64,000 nucleotides of DNA from a virus (Duplodnaviria > Heunggongvirae > Uroviricota > Caudoviricetes): the IMG/VR virus record IMGVR_UViG_3300027963_000034, positions 122,552 through 186,551 of that record. The stretch is one strand, 5' to 3'. The position numbers and the translations under genes were made by a program. Below the pieces are notes generated by a model, which was given only the letters and a program-made list of their open reading frames with translations, made no database searches and was not told the origin of the DNA. This document shows positions 28,472-38,532 of this stretch, piece after piece. How positions within the stretch are numbered: position 1 is the stretch's first letter; each line of letters opens with the position of its first letter.

Positions 28472-29236
28472 TTAAAAGAATAAATTTTCTAAATTTGCTT
28501 TTGATAAATAATTTCCATTATGAGATAATTCCCAAACTTTATATCTGTTTTTATTTTTAAAATCTAAGAAAAAAGCCAAATCTTTTCTATGTGGAAAATC
28601 TTTACTCAACACATCTAGTTCTTCTAAAAACGATTCTAAATAATTTTTATAATTTTCCGACAATTCTTTTAATTCTTCGTATGATAATTCTTTTTTTAAT
28701 AAAAAAATCATATCAAATTCACATTCTAAATACATTGCAATAGATGGCACTTCAAAGTTTCCATTACCAAATTGATAAAATCCTCCACCACCCATTTCTC
28801 CAAATTTATATAATTGTTTTTCGTTATGATATTCCTTCGTATCAATGTGTTCACCATTTACATACAATGAAAATGATTTTTTATTTAAATCATCATTTAT
28901 AACAGCAATTTCTATAAATTCATTTGCTTCTTCTCTTGTCAAATTTTTTGTTATCTGAACAAATGTACTATCTTTAAACCAATATGTAAACATCATTGTT
29001 ATAATTTCATTATCATTTTGGTCTATAAATTTAACAAAGGATATACCAGAATGTTTACCACTTCTTGCAAATGCAAATCCTTCTTCATTTGGAATCATCC
29101 TATCCGGAAATATTTTAACTCGCATATACAATGAAAAATCTTCATCCATATATTTGTCAATTTTTCTATCACTAATATCATACCTACTTTCTGGTAAAAT
29201 TATCCAAGGTTCGGCGTATCTTATAAGTAAACTCAT
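28472..29236 (-). CDS. Stand-alone LamG/concanavalin A-like domain protein
   Basis: DFSLYMRVK, FSLYVNG, DLAFFLDF...VWELSHNGN; same scaffold as the inserts in the adjacent GT7 proteins. Confidence 0.55.
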   Translation of the reverse strand: MSLLIRYAEPWIILPESRYDISDRKIDKYMDEDFSLYMRVKIFPDRMIPNEEGFAFARSGKHSGISFVKFIDQNDNEIITMMFTYWFKDSTFVQITKNLTREEANEFIEIAVINDDLNKKSFSLYVNGEHIDTKEYHNEKQLYKFGEMGGGGFYQFGNGNFEVPSIAMYLECEFDMIFLLKKELSYEELKELSENYKNYLESFLEELDVLSKDFPHRKDLAFFLDFKNKNRYKVWELSHNGNYLSKANLENLFF

Positions 29237-29241
29237 TTTAA

Positions 29242-30666
29242 TTATATTTTAATTGTTCCACAAAAATTATAAAATTCTTCTAATTCTGGGAATGTTTTTA
29301 CAAAATTGGTTCCGCGTCTTTTATCATGTTCACTAAAAAATTGATAAAATCCATTTCTATTTTTCATTTGTTGAGTTGGGTCTTGTGGTGCAACCATCCA
29401 ATCATGTATTCTTTTTAATTTTTGAACTTCAATATCAGAAAATCCAATATATTTTGGGTCAAAAATTGGAATAGCGTAGTATGTGATTAGTTTCGTTTGT
29501 TCTAATATTTTTTTAGAAAATTCATATGGTAACACCTGAACCGTCTGGTGTGTTGGGTATCTTAAATATGATGAATCTAAAAATACAGCAGAGTTCCAAT
29601 ATCTATCGTAACTACCATACATATCTTTTAAATTATAAACTTCTTTAATTAGTTTATTATAATTAAATAAACTCAAAGCGTTATAAGTAGACATGAATGT
29701 TATAATAACTCTCGGGCATTGGCTCATAATTTTATTTACATTATCCCAGAATCTATTGAATTCTAAACCATTTCTAATATATTCTGCCTGTTCTCCCCAC
29801 GTATCAACTGATGTAAATATTACCAATTGTTTTACTCTGTTTCCATCTTCAATTTTTTTAATTTTTTCAATTAACTTATTAATCAATGCATCTGGTGCAC
29901 CTAAATTTGAATTAATTGCTAATTTTAATTCTCTATTTGGATTTGGGTTTTCAATAATATAATCCAATACTCCCCATGTATCTTTTGATAACAAAGGTTC
30001 TCCACCAGTTATTCTAAAAGTATTTAGGTCTTTATATAAATCAGGCCACCACTTCCAAAACGCTTCGGTATATGGATTTAATTCAGAATGTTTTAAAGGC
30101 ATCTTATGCTCATCAATCAAATATTGTAAATCATTAAATCTATCAGGCGTTGGATATGCACCATGCTCCTGTATTTCCTCCATCCATTGTGACGAGTATG
30201 CCGGTGAACAATATGAACATTTAAAATTACATGCATTACTAAATGCAACTTCAACATATTTTGGATTATAATCATCTCTCCAATCCAATGCTTTAATTTC
30301 TTGCATATATGGTCTGGACCAATCTTCTGATGATTTAAAAATTCTATCCGAAAATAAGTCCGAATTATCTTCTACTCCCCAACAATAATCACATTCAACT
30401 GGTCTAGAACCATTTAACATTTCTTTTCTACGAAGTTTTTTATATCTTGTATTGTGAAGTGCCGATGGGTTTCGTGCAATCTCTGCTGTTGATATAGCAT
30501 GTGTACGAGGGTGGTGACATGAGTGGTTATGGCCTATTTGTAAAGATAAAGTTACCTGTGTCCATTTTGCTAAACACATTCCAGGTCCAACAGAATCTAA
30601 TTCATTTTTTATACCAACATATAATGGATTCTGTTTTTCCAAATCCATTTTGTATTTTTCTGCCAT
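29242..30666 (-). CDS. Radical SAM protein with N-terminal twitch/SPASM-like domain
   Basis: CNFKCSYC, ITGGEP and INSN; N-terminal CLAKW...SCHHP...CDYC. Confidence 0.85.
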   Translation of the reverse strand: MAEKYKMDLEKQNPLYVGIKNELDSVGPGMCLAKWTQVTLSLQIGHNHSCHHPRTHAISTAEIARNPSALHNTRYKKLRRKEMLNGSRPVECDYCWGVEDNSDLFSDRIFKSSEDWSRPYMQEIKALDWRDDYNPKYVEVAFSNACNFKCSYCSPAYSSQWMEEIQEHGAYPTPDRFNDLQYLIDEHKMPLKHSELNPYTEAFWKWWPDLYKDLNTFRITGGEPLLSKDTWGVLDYIIENPNPNRELKLAINSNLGAPDALINKLIEKIKKIEDGNRVKQLVIFTSVDTWGEQAEYIRNGLEFNRFWDNVNKIMSQCPRVIITFMSTYNALSLFNYNKLIKEVYNLKDMYGSYDRYWNSAVFLDSSYLRYPTHQTVQVLPYEFSKKILEQTKLITYYAIPIFDPKYIGFSDIEVQKLKRIHDWMVAPQDPTQQMKNRNGFYQFFSEHDKRRGTNFVKTFPELEEFYNFCGTIKI

Positions 30667-30667
30667 A

Positions 30668-32128
30668 TTATTTACATTTTACATTTATTAGGAAAGCGTT
30701 ATTGATTCCTAAAATATTTTCTTTATTTAAATATTCATATTTTTCTTCTAAATTACTCATGCCATCATTTTTATAATTTATTTCACCTTGTTGCATTTGT
30801 AAAATATATCTTCTTTCATTTGCAGCTGTTGTTTCACCCTTTGCCCATTTATCTATACCACCAACACTAATTAATCCTTCGGTTTGATGTGGTAAACATA
30901 AAAATTTACCATCTCTTCTATATGGTAAAGATGTTGATGGTATTTTTATTTCTTGCTCAACAAATTCTACATTTTTAGAAAAAGTTTTATGCATTAAATA
31001 TGAATTATCCTTTATAACTTTATTAAAATTTAAATTTAAAATAAAATTTTTATTATTAATATCGTTATTTAATGAATCTAATATTTCTTCCTGTGTCAGA
31101 CATTTATTCCACATTTTAATTTTAGAAACAAATCCTTTGAACCATTTATTAGGATTTCCATTTTCCCAAGACGGAGTATGCCCTATATAAAATGGCTCAG
31201 CTCCATATCTTTTCAAATCATTATCATAATCAATTGGTGACTGTGTGCCTGTGCCATTTCTTGCCTCACTTTCATTTCCATTTAAATAAAGATGCATTTT
31301 TTTATTTTTTACATCAACTGACATAGTTACCCAAGTCCATTCACCTTCATACCTCTTCATCCATTGATATATGTGATTTTTTTTTGAATCCCACATCATA
31401 GCAGTATAAGCTCTACTATTATTAAATGAAATGCCCCAGTCAAATCCAGGCTTTCTAAATATTGGATATTCCACAAATATTCTTTCATTATCACCTATTA
31501 AATAAATTGGTGCCTTTTCTATTTGTTGTTCTGCTTTTACTAATATTGAAATTGTATGATTTTCATTTAAACATCCCCTTAATTGAGATGATGGTAATAA
31601 TTGTGTAACCGAATCAATTCCATTATATTTAGCTACATTTTCAATTTTTGGTTCATCTATATATTTTTTATCAGTATACCCTTCTAATTGACATCTCCAA
31701 AAAAGGTCATCATCTTCCATACCCCAATCCCAATAATCATTTGAATAACCATTGGTTTTTTCTACTTGTTCCTTTGTAAACAATACGGCGCCACCAAAAT
31801 ACTCCTCATATTTGAGGTTATAATCCGATTGTGATATTCTTACTGCCAAATGTTTTGGGTTCTCAGGATTGTAACTATAATCACAGGATTCATCTTCAGG
31901 TACCATATCAATATCGTGCCAAACAATATAATCACACCCATCATCAAATGCAGCTTTAGCAGCAACATTTTTCATTAAACCTCTATTGAATAATTTATCA
32001 TCACATTGGTGTCCTAAATAGATAGCATGTTCGATTCCCCTATCATTCAAAAATTTATGAATGTGAGGAACAAACTGGTTCATATGTTCCTCTCTATTTC
32101 TATATGGTACACAAACTCCTAATTTCAT
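30668..32128 (-). CDS. GT7 (beta-1,4-galactosyltransferase-like) with inserted LamG domain, paralog 1
   Basis: VPYRNR, FNRG, HDID, YFGG and WGMEDDD; LamG block follows, then the GT7 C-terminal CLPH segment. Confidence 0.85.
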   Translation of the reverse strand: MKLGVCVPYRNREEHMNQFVPHIHKFLNDRGIEHAIYLGHQCDDKLFNRGLMKNVAAKAAFDDGCDYIVWHDIDMVPEDESCDYSYNPENPKHLAVRISQSDYNLKYEEYFGGAVLFTKEQVEKTNGYSNDYWDWGMEDDDLFWRCQLEGYTDKKYIDEPKIENVAKYNGIDSVTQLLPSSQLRGCLNENHTISILVKAEQQIEKAPIYLIGDNERIFVEYPIFRKPGFDWGISFNNSRAYTAMMWDSKKNHIYQWMKRYEGEWTWVTMSVDVKNKKMHLYLNGNESEARNGTGTQSPIDYDNDLKRYGAEPFYIGHTPSWENGNPNKWFKGFVSKIKMWNKCLTQEEILDSLNNDINNKNFILNLNFNKVIKDNSYLMHKTFSKNVEFVEQEIKIPSTSLPYRRDGKFLCLPHQTEGLISVGGIDKWAKGETTAANERRYILQMQQGEINYKNDGMSNLEEKYEYLNKENILGINNAFLINVKCK

Positions 32129-33591
32129 TATAATAATACTGATATAAAATGATAATTATCCTTATCTACATTTGTTAATTCTCTATATTTACAGGTACTT
32201 AATCCGTCTTTTTCATTTTCCAAAATATCATTTGCAATATTACTAAAAAATTTTACTTGATTTATTCGTGTTCCCTTTTCTTTCCAAACACCGTCTACAT
32301 ATCCATTCTCTTTATGTGGTACTAATTTGAATAATGATTTTCTTCTTTTAGGAATTATAATTTCTTCTTCTTTTATGTTTTGAATTTCAACTAAATGACA
32401 ATTATTTATAATACCATCATTGCCATTCATAGATAAATCAAATAAAATTTCATTTTTAATTAAATTAAAATCGTAATAACATAATAATTTATCAGCTGAT
32501 TTATATTTTTTGAAATTAGTTGTCAATGGTATTAATGTATTATCATTTAATGTTTGAATTTCTAAATCAGAAAGTATTCCATCATATATTGCAAAATCAG
32601 TTATTGTTCCTTTAAAAAAATTTGGATTTTCTGTTCTTATTGGATTACCACAACCAATATAAAACGATTCTTCGTCTGGATGATTATATATGTTTGACAA
32701 TCTAAATTTTTCAATACCATCTTCTAAATGATGAAATCCAATTTGTTTTTCTTCTACAAATTTTCCATCTTGGTACATTGATATTTTTTTGTTTTTAAAA
32801 TCTAAACAAAAAACAATTGTAGTGTATATGTTTGTAGTAATATCGGTTGTTATGGATTGGGGTTCTAATTTTTCGGACCAGGCTTCTACTTTATATCGTT
32901 TAAATGAATTATAAGTTATATTTAAATCATATCCAGGAATAGAAAATATAGTAAAATCGTCGTATTCTTTATTTGGATTTAATATAATATCATCCGATTT
33001 AAATGAAACGCTAATTGTTTTATTAGTTTTAAAATCAAAAATTTCTTTTAATTTATTACACTCAACAAATGAACTCTTTCCATTAAAATACATTCCTTTT
33101 TTATTAATGATATTTTTTGCAATAGATTTTTTTTCACAACCTATGTTGTATTTTTTACATCTATATAATAAATCATCATCCTCGAATCCCCAGCCCCAAT
33201 ACTCATTGGAGTATCCATTTATTCTTTCAAAATCTTCAACAGGAAACATAGTTACTCCTCCAAAATATTCATCAAATATAATTCTTTTAATATTTGGATT
33301 GAATTCAAAATTGGTAGCCAAATGTACAGGATGATTTGGATATGAATAATCCGCTTTTACGGGTAGCATATCTACGTCATGAAATACAACATAATTGCAT
33401 CCCAATTTTTTAGCATTATCAAAACCAATATTTAATAGTTTTCCTCTATTAAATGGTTTATCATCTGCTTGTTCAACTACTATTAATTCAAAATTAATAT
33501 TTTTTGAATTTAAAAATTCAGTTATTTCTTTTTTGAATAATTTTAATTGAGATTCTCTTTTTTTATATGGAACTATTATTCCTAATTTCAT
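32128..33591 (-). CDS. GT7 with inserted LamG domain, paralog 2
   Basis: VPYKKR, FNRGKLLN, HDVD, YFGG and WGFEDDD; LamG insert, then LVPH. Confidence 0.85.
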   Translation of the reverse strand: MKLGIIVPYKKRESQLKLFKKEITEFLNSKNINFELIVVEQADDKPFNRGKLLNIGFDNAKKLGCNYVVFHDVDMLPVKADYSYPNHPVHLATNFEFNPNIKRIIFDEYFGGVTMFPVEDFERINGYSNEYWGWGFEDDDLLYRCKKYNIGCEKKSIAKNIINKKGMYFNGKSSFVECNKLKEIFDFKTNKTISVSFKSDDIILNPNKEYDDFTIFSIPGYDLNITYNSFKRYKVEAWSEKLEPQSITTDITTNIYTTIVFCLDFKNKKISMYQDGKFVEEKQIGFHHLEDGIEKFRLSNIYNHPDEESFYIGCGNPIRTENPNFFKGTITDFAIYDGILSDLEIQTLNDNTLIPLTTNFKKYKSADKLLCYYDFNLIKNEILFDLSMNGNDGIINNCHLVEIQNIKEEEIIIPKRRKSLFKLVPHKENGYVDGVWKEKGTRINQVKFFSNIANDILENEKDGLSTCKYRELTNVDKDNYHFISVLL

Positions 33592-33887
33592 TATTTTTCA
33601 GAATCTTTTTTAGGTCTACCTACAATTTCTTTTACTGCTGCAGGTGAAGAAGTGGTTAACGCTTCTAAATTATCTGCAATTGCTTTTGAATTATTATGAA
33701 ACTCATATAGATAATATTGTAATCTATCACTCCAATCTTGTTTTTCAATTTCTTCAAACCAAACTGTCAATGCATCTAAAGAGTTGGATATTTTTTCCAA
33801 TGCTTTAACTTTTCGTTGTTCTAAAAGAAGAGATTCTGATTGAGTAGTTTCTAGTTTTTCTACTGATGTTTTTGTTGTTGTTGCCAT
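33591..33887 (-). CDS. Hypothetical protein
   Basis: 98 aa helical ORF with operon-style 1-bp overlap. Confidence 0.55.
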   Translation of the reverse strand: MATTTKTSVEKLETTQSESLLLEQRKVKALEKISNSLDALTVWFEEIEKQDWSDRLQYYLYEFHNNSKAIADNLEALTTSSPAAVKEIVGRPKKDSEK

Positions 33888-33888
33888 T

Positions 33889-35367
33889 TTATTTTAATTT
33901 TAATATTAATTTTTGTGTATGATTGTTTATATTTTGTTTTGTTTTTAACTTATAATTTATAGAACTTAAACCAAATTTAAAAGAATTTCTTTTTTGTTTA
34001 GTTGTTTCGTAGAAAAATATTTTTTCATTTTCAATCATATCATCATCTTTTTCTTGCCAATAATATTTCTCTAATATACTAAATTTATTTGAATTTTCCA
34101 AAATTTTATATTTTCCAAAATCTTCAGCTGGCATTTTTATTTTATATGAATATTTTTGTTCTTCTTCATTTCCTTGTATAGAATTATCCATTTTAATAAT
34201 TCTAGCATTACTTTTAAATTCTTGAGTATCAACAAAAAATTGACCTACGGATTTATTAAATGGTATATTTAAAACTGGTTCAAATGTTGTTAACGATGCG
34301 TCGTAATTATTACTATACAACATTTCTATTTCAGTTTGAGTCAAATCATAATCAAAAATACATAGATTACTAATTTTTCCTTTAAACCTATTTCGTAACG
34401 ATAACGAACCTATCCATAAATTTTTTCCAGCAAAATCCATTAAATTTTTTGTATTGTCGTAAAATGTTTCATTAACCAATCTTCCATCAAAATACATAGA
34501 TGCGATACCAGTGGATGTACTTAATTTAATTGTAACATTTGTCCATTTATTTTTTAGAATAGAATTATCATTCCATATTTGTATTATTTCACCATCTTCC
34601 GTCCAATGTTGAAAAACTATTGCTTCATTATTTTTAATAAATATTCCAGAATCATATCCTTCTTTACCAACAATGCATCCATCTTCCGATTGGTCATCAT
34701 CAACAAAAATATCAAAAGATATGGTAAACGAATCGGAAAATACATAATCTAATTTTGTATTTGGTTGAATAAATAAACTATTACCATTTTTACAAATAAA
34801 TGAATTTATTTTCTTTTTTATTTCTGAATCAACTTCCACTATGTCAATGAATCTATGATAATCAAAAATATCTTTATTAAAGAATTTTATTATAGGCAAA
34901 TTATCAGGAATTATTTTATTCATTCTATAAAGTAAATCCAAATATTCAAAACCACCACCCCAATAATCATTACTAAATCCATTTATTTTTTCAAAATGTT
35001 CTTTGGATATTTTAAATACACCACCAGTATAATGTGGATATGGTTTGAATTTATGAATATCTAAAATTTTAGATGAGATGTGTGTTGGGTATTGAATGTT
35101 TAAACTAGAGTAATCGCAACCCTCTTGCGGAAGTAAATCTATATCTTGAAATACAAAATATGAATACCCTTCATCTTTTAAAACATCTACGGCAGCATTA
35201 CATAATGCTCCATAATTAAATAATGTTGGAGATTCTTGTTCTACAATGTATATTGTGTAATTTTCAAACTTATCCCCTAAATACCAATCCATGTGTCCTA
35301 AAAACTTATAGAGTTGTTCTTCTCTATTTTGGTAGGGAACTATAATAGCTAACTTTTCTGAAATCAT
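33889..35367 (-). CDS. GT7 with inserted LamG domain, paralog 3 (degenerate acidic motif)
   Basis: VPYQNR, FNYG, QDID and YTGG are present, but WGGGFEYLD replaces WGxEDDD. Confidence 0.8.
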   Translation of the reverse strand: MISEKLAIIVPYQNREEQLYKFLGHMDWYLGDKFENYTIYIVEQESPTLFNYGALCNAAVDVLKDEGYSYFVFQDIDLLPQEGCDYSSLNIQYPTHISSKILDIHKFKPYPHYTGGVFKISKEHFEKINGFSNDYWGGGFEYLDLLYRMNKIIPDNLPIIKFFNKDIFDYHRFIDIVEVDSEIKKKINSFICKNGNSLFIQPNTKLDYVFSDSFTISFDIFVDDDQSEDGCIVGKEGYDSGIFIKNNEAIVFQHWTEDGEIIQIWNDNSILKNKWTNVTIKLSTSTGIASMYFDGRLVNETFYDNTKNLMDFAGKNLWIGSLSLRNRFKGKISNLCIFDYDLTQTEIEMLYSNNYDASLTTFEPVLNIPFNKSVGQFFVDTQEFKSNARIIKMDNSIQGNEEEQKYSYKIKMPAEDFGKYKILENSNKFSILEKYYWQEKDDDMIENEKIFFYETTKQKRNSFKFGLSSINYKLKTKQNINNHTQKLILKLK

Positions 35368-35379
35368 AACCTTTTTATA

Positions 35380-36219
35380 TTATATAGATATTATTTTTTT
35401 GAATAATTTAATCCATTGACCATAATCTTTGAATCCATCATTTTCAATCATAAATTCTTGATTAGTAATATCAATTTGAAAATTATTTCTTCTTATAGCC
35501 TGATACATTTTTAAATATTCGTTTGAAAATGAATAATCCTTTTTGATATCTGCTACTGCTTTAATTCTTTCAACACATGTACTATCCCATTTAAAATGAT
35601 GAACTTGAACATTGTAATAATGATAAGGTGCAATTAATGGGTGATTCCAACCTTGCCATTTCCACGTAGTTTGTCCATCTATTTTTGCATAATGTTGTCC
35701 TGGAGTTATTTCAATATAACCTTTCATTATACAAACTTTATTTGGACATGCTCCAGATAACGGATATCTAAAAAATCCTGCTAATGGAAATTGTTTAAAT
35801 ATATCCACATTATCTTTTATTTCAGGAAAAATCCCATCAATACCAATTCTATCAATAAATCCACCTCTAACCAATTCCCAACCATTTACTTCACAATCTG
35901 CAATTATCTCACTTAAATCATGTGAATAAACATGGAACTCATCATCATCTGAAACTACCCACCAATCATTAGGATGCGTCATTTTTGTTTCATTATATAG
36001 TTGAGTTACATATTCCCAATTATATTTTTCTTTTACCTCTCTTCTTACTATTTTAGCATTTGGAAAATATGAAACAATTTTTTCTACTGAATCATATGTA
36101 GAAAAATTCTCCCACTCATAAACTACAACATAAATTTCATCAACTAAATCTTTGTAATGATTTAACATATGAGGAAGAGTGTTTGTTCTGCTTCCGGTGA
36201 CTGTAACTAATCTTATCAT
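35380..36219 (-). CDS. GT-A fold glycosyltransferase (GT2-like)
   Basis: N-terminal strand, LPHMLNHY, WWVVSDDDEF (DxD) and VHHFKW. Confidence 0.75.
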   Translation of the reverse strand: MIRLVTVTGSRTNTLPHMLNHYKDLVDEIYVVVYEWENFSTYDSVEKIVSYFPNAKIVRREVKEKYNWEYVTQLYNETKMTHPNDWWVVSDDDEFHVYSHDLSEIIADCEVNGWELVRGGFIDRIGIDGIFPEIKDNVDIFKQFPLAGFFRYPLSGACPNKVCIMKGYIEITPGQHYAKIDGQTTWKWQGWNHPLIAPYHYYNVQVHHFKWDSTCVERIKAVADIKKDYSFSNEYLKMYQAIRRNNFQIDITNQEFMIENDGFKDYGQWIKLFKKIISI

Positions 36220-36971
36220 TTTTTTCTTATCAATGTTAATCCAGTTGAAGCTGGTTTGTTTTTTACGATACCAAAATTAAATAAATTAAAAGATTCCCAT
36301 TTAGTTGAATCTATTTCTTTTACCAATCTAACTGGTCCACTCCAATCTTCAAAATCTCCTCTATCTTTTACTTCGGATGTAACTATATACTTATCAGCAT
36401 AATTAGGGTCAGTATCGTGAATTGATATAATTCCATTTGGTGAAATTAATTGAGAATATAATTCAAAATCTTCTTTTACATTTTCATATGAATGTCCAGC
36501 ATCAATATGTAAATAATCAATTTTAATATCATTTAACACAAAATAGTTATGAAATGCATTTAAAGTTGTATCATTAATAATTCTAGGACAAAATTGTCTT
36601 CTGAAAAAAGATTCTTCTACAAACCAATCTACTTTTCCACCAATACCATTCATAGCATCTACAATATAAGTAGTTCCTATATCTCCCCAACTATAATTTC
36701 CATCACCTTCAAATATTCCCTGATTATGTAAATCAATTCTAGCTTGTGTCATAATTCTAGGTATAAATCCTCCACCACTTCCTAGGCAAACACACACTTT
36801 TGCTCTCATATACTGAATAATAGAATATATAATTAAACCGTCTCCTAAATGAGTATCAGTTGCACCATGAGACCATCTATATGGAACATTCTTAAGTATC
36901 TCATCACCAACTTCATCTATTTCTCTATTGTTTGTTATATTATGCTTTATGTAACTTGTATCCTGTAACAT
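36216..36971 (-). CDS. Class I SAM-dependent methyltransferase (Methyltransf_24-like)
   Basis: VCLGSGGG, IDYLHIDAGHSYE and GIISIHDT. Confidence 0.85.
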   Translation of the reverse strand: MLQDTSYIKHNITNNREIDEVGDEILKNVPYRWSHGATDTHLGDGLIIYSIIQYMRAKVCVCLGSGGGFIPRIMTQARIDLHNQGIFEGDGNYSWGDIGTTYIVDAMNGIGGKVDWFVEESFFRRQFCPRIINDTTLNAFHNYFVLNDIKIDYLHIDAGHSYENVKEDFELYSQLISPNGIISIHDTDPNYADKYIVTSEVKDRGDFEDWSGPVRLVKEIDSTKWESFNLFNFGIVKNKPASTGLTLIRKK

Positions 36972-36997
36972 TTATTGTTATTTTTAAATTCAATATA

Positions 36998-37978
36998 CTA
37001 AAAAAAATTCAAATTACCAACTTTTTCCACCCATTCTTTTTTATTATTATATTTTTCTAATCCAGCTTTTAATCTATCAAATTGTTTTTTATTTTTTTCA
37101 AATCCATCTTCTAATATTCTAAGATATTGATAATGAAATTGTTTTTTATTAATTGCTCTATATCTGTATTTAATATCTTTCATCCAATTACCATCCAATA
37201 TAGGTAATTTACCATTATCGATTGCATCAAAAATAGCATAACCAAATGGTTCTTTAGTATATGCTCCATGGAATATTTGGAAATTCTTTTCAAAAAATTT
37301 ATTATGAAAACGATAATCAAATTCTATAAACTGGTGTAGACCATTATCTATATTAGAACCTTCTAGCATTCTTTTATAATCATATTTATTTGAAAATACA
37401 AACGAAGGTATTCCATCTAAATAGTGAGCGTTTTTTCTCGTTTCACACCTTGCAGCATAACCGACTCTGTTACCAATCACACCAACAAATGGCTTTTTAT
37501 TTTTCCATTCATAATAATTTGGAATTGTAATTGTTTTTGGATAATAAGTATGTATTGTATCCTTTTCATAGCCAATCCAAACAATATTTTGTGAATTATC
37601 TAAAATATCTTTTTGCCAATGCCAATCCAATCTTGTCATTAAATTTTCATATTCATCATTCAGTCCAACCATATCGGGAATGAAAGCATGGACAAATGTA
37701 AGATATGTTTTGTGTAAATACTTTTGAATAATAGGATTTGGTTTGTAAGCATGATGTAAGAATATAATCTTATCACATTCATCTAATATTTTATCAACTT
37801 CTTTTTCGTTTCCAAAAGTATAGATTGCATCAATTTCTCTAACCAAAGGTCGACCATCAATTATAATTTTGTAATCTTCTTTGACTAATGGTAAAATATT
37901 TTCTATAAAGTTGTTGCACCAAATATCAGCACCACCTATAACATTTTTTCCGTAACCTGTTGTAATAAAAACTATCAT
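36998..37978 (-). CDS. GT-B glycosyltransferase (GT4-like)
   Basis: N-terminal GGADIW; EPFGYAIFDAIDNGKLPI matches E.FG....EA...G.P. Confidence 0.7.
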   Translation of the reverse strand: MIVFITTGYGKNVIGGADIWCNNFIENILPLVKEDYKIIIDGRPLVREIDAIYTFGNEKEVDKILDECDKIIFLHHAYKPNPIIQKYLHKTYLTFVHAFIPDMVGLNDEYENLMTRLDWHWQKDILDNSQNIVWIGYEKDTIHTYYPKTITIPNYYEWKNKKPFVGVIGNRVGYAARCETRKNAHYLDGIPSFVFSNKYDYKRMLEGSNIDNGLHQFIEFDYRFHNKFFEKNFQIFHGAYTKEPFGYAIFDAIDNGKLPILDGNWMKDIKYRYRAINKKQFHYQYLRILEDGFEKNKKQFDRLKAGLEKYNNKKEWVEKVGNLNFF

Positions 37979-37987
37979 AATTTTATT

Positions 37988-38530
37988 TTATCCACATGAA
38001 GGATATTGGCCTGATGAAACATTTATATTTAAATATATGTCAGTAGGTGTTGTTGTTAAAGCATAATGTCCACCGGCAGTTATTCCACAATAAAATGTCC
38101 AGTTAGTTCCACCATTTCCCTGACCAAATGGAACATTAATTATTCCTCCACCAGATTGTGTAAACTGACAACCTATTCTTAATCTTTTTGTAGAAGTTAT
38201 TTCACCTGGGTCTACTAAAATTGTTCCCATATTAACATAATTTGTACCAATAGATTGAGTTGTTAATGTACTAAAATTAAATGCATTATAACTTGTACTA
38301 ATTTGGTATTTAATTGATATTGCATTTGATGAATTTGATAATGTAAATCTATTTCTTGCCCATATTGTGATTGGTATGGCTGCAAATTCAGACATACTAT
38401 CGGGTGCACCCTTACCCGCCGCATTACTTAATGTTCTAAGAGATGTTGAACCAACCGAATATGTAGATGAAACAAAACTTTGTATTTGACTAAATGTTAT
38501 TGGTTGACCCTGTGCTGGTAAAGTTGCCAT
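37988..38530 (-). CDS. Putative tail-fibre-associated virion protein
   Basis: N-terminal LPAQGQPITFSQI...SLRTLS...PDSMSEF module; lies directly after the S74-bearing fibre gene. Confidence 0.5.
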   Translation of the reverse strand: MATLPAQGQPITFSQIQSFVSSTYSVGSTSLRTLSNAAGKGAPDSMSEFAAIPITIWARNRFTLSNSSNAISIKYQISTSYNAFNFSTLTTQSIGTNYVNMGTILVDPGEITSTKRLRIGCQFTQSGGGIINVPFGQGNGGTNWTFYCGITAGGHYALTTTPTDIYLNINVSSGQYPSCG

Positions 38531-38532
38531 AA

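Noticed and set aside
15765-37978. Host chromosomal O-antigen/capsule locus (prophage flank or misassembly)
   Set aside because: There is no wzx/wzy/wza or initiating transferase. It is tightly coupled to phage genes on both sides, and its composition looks the same as theirs by eye.
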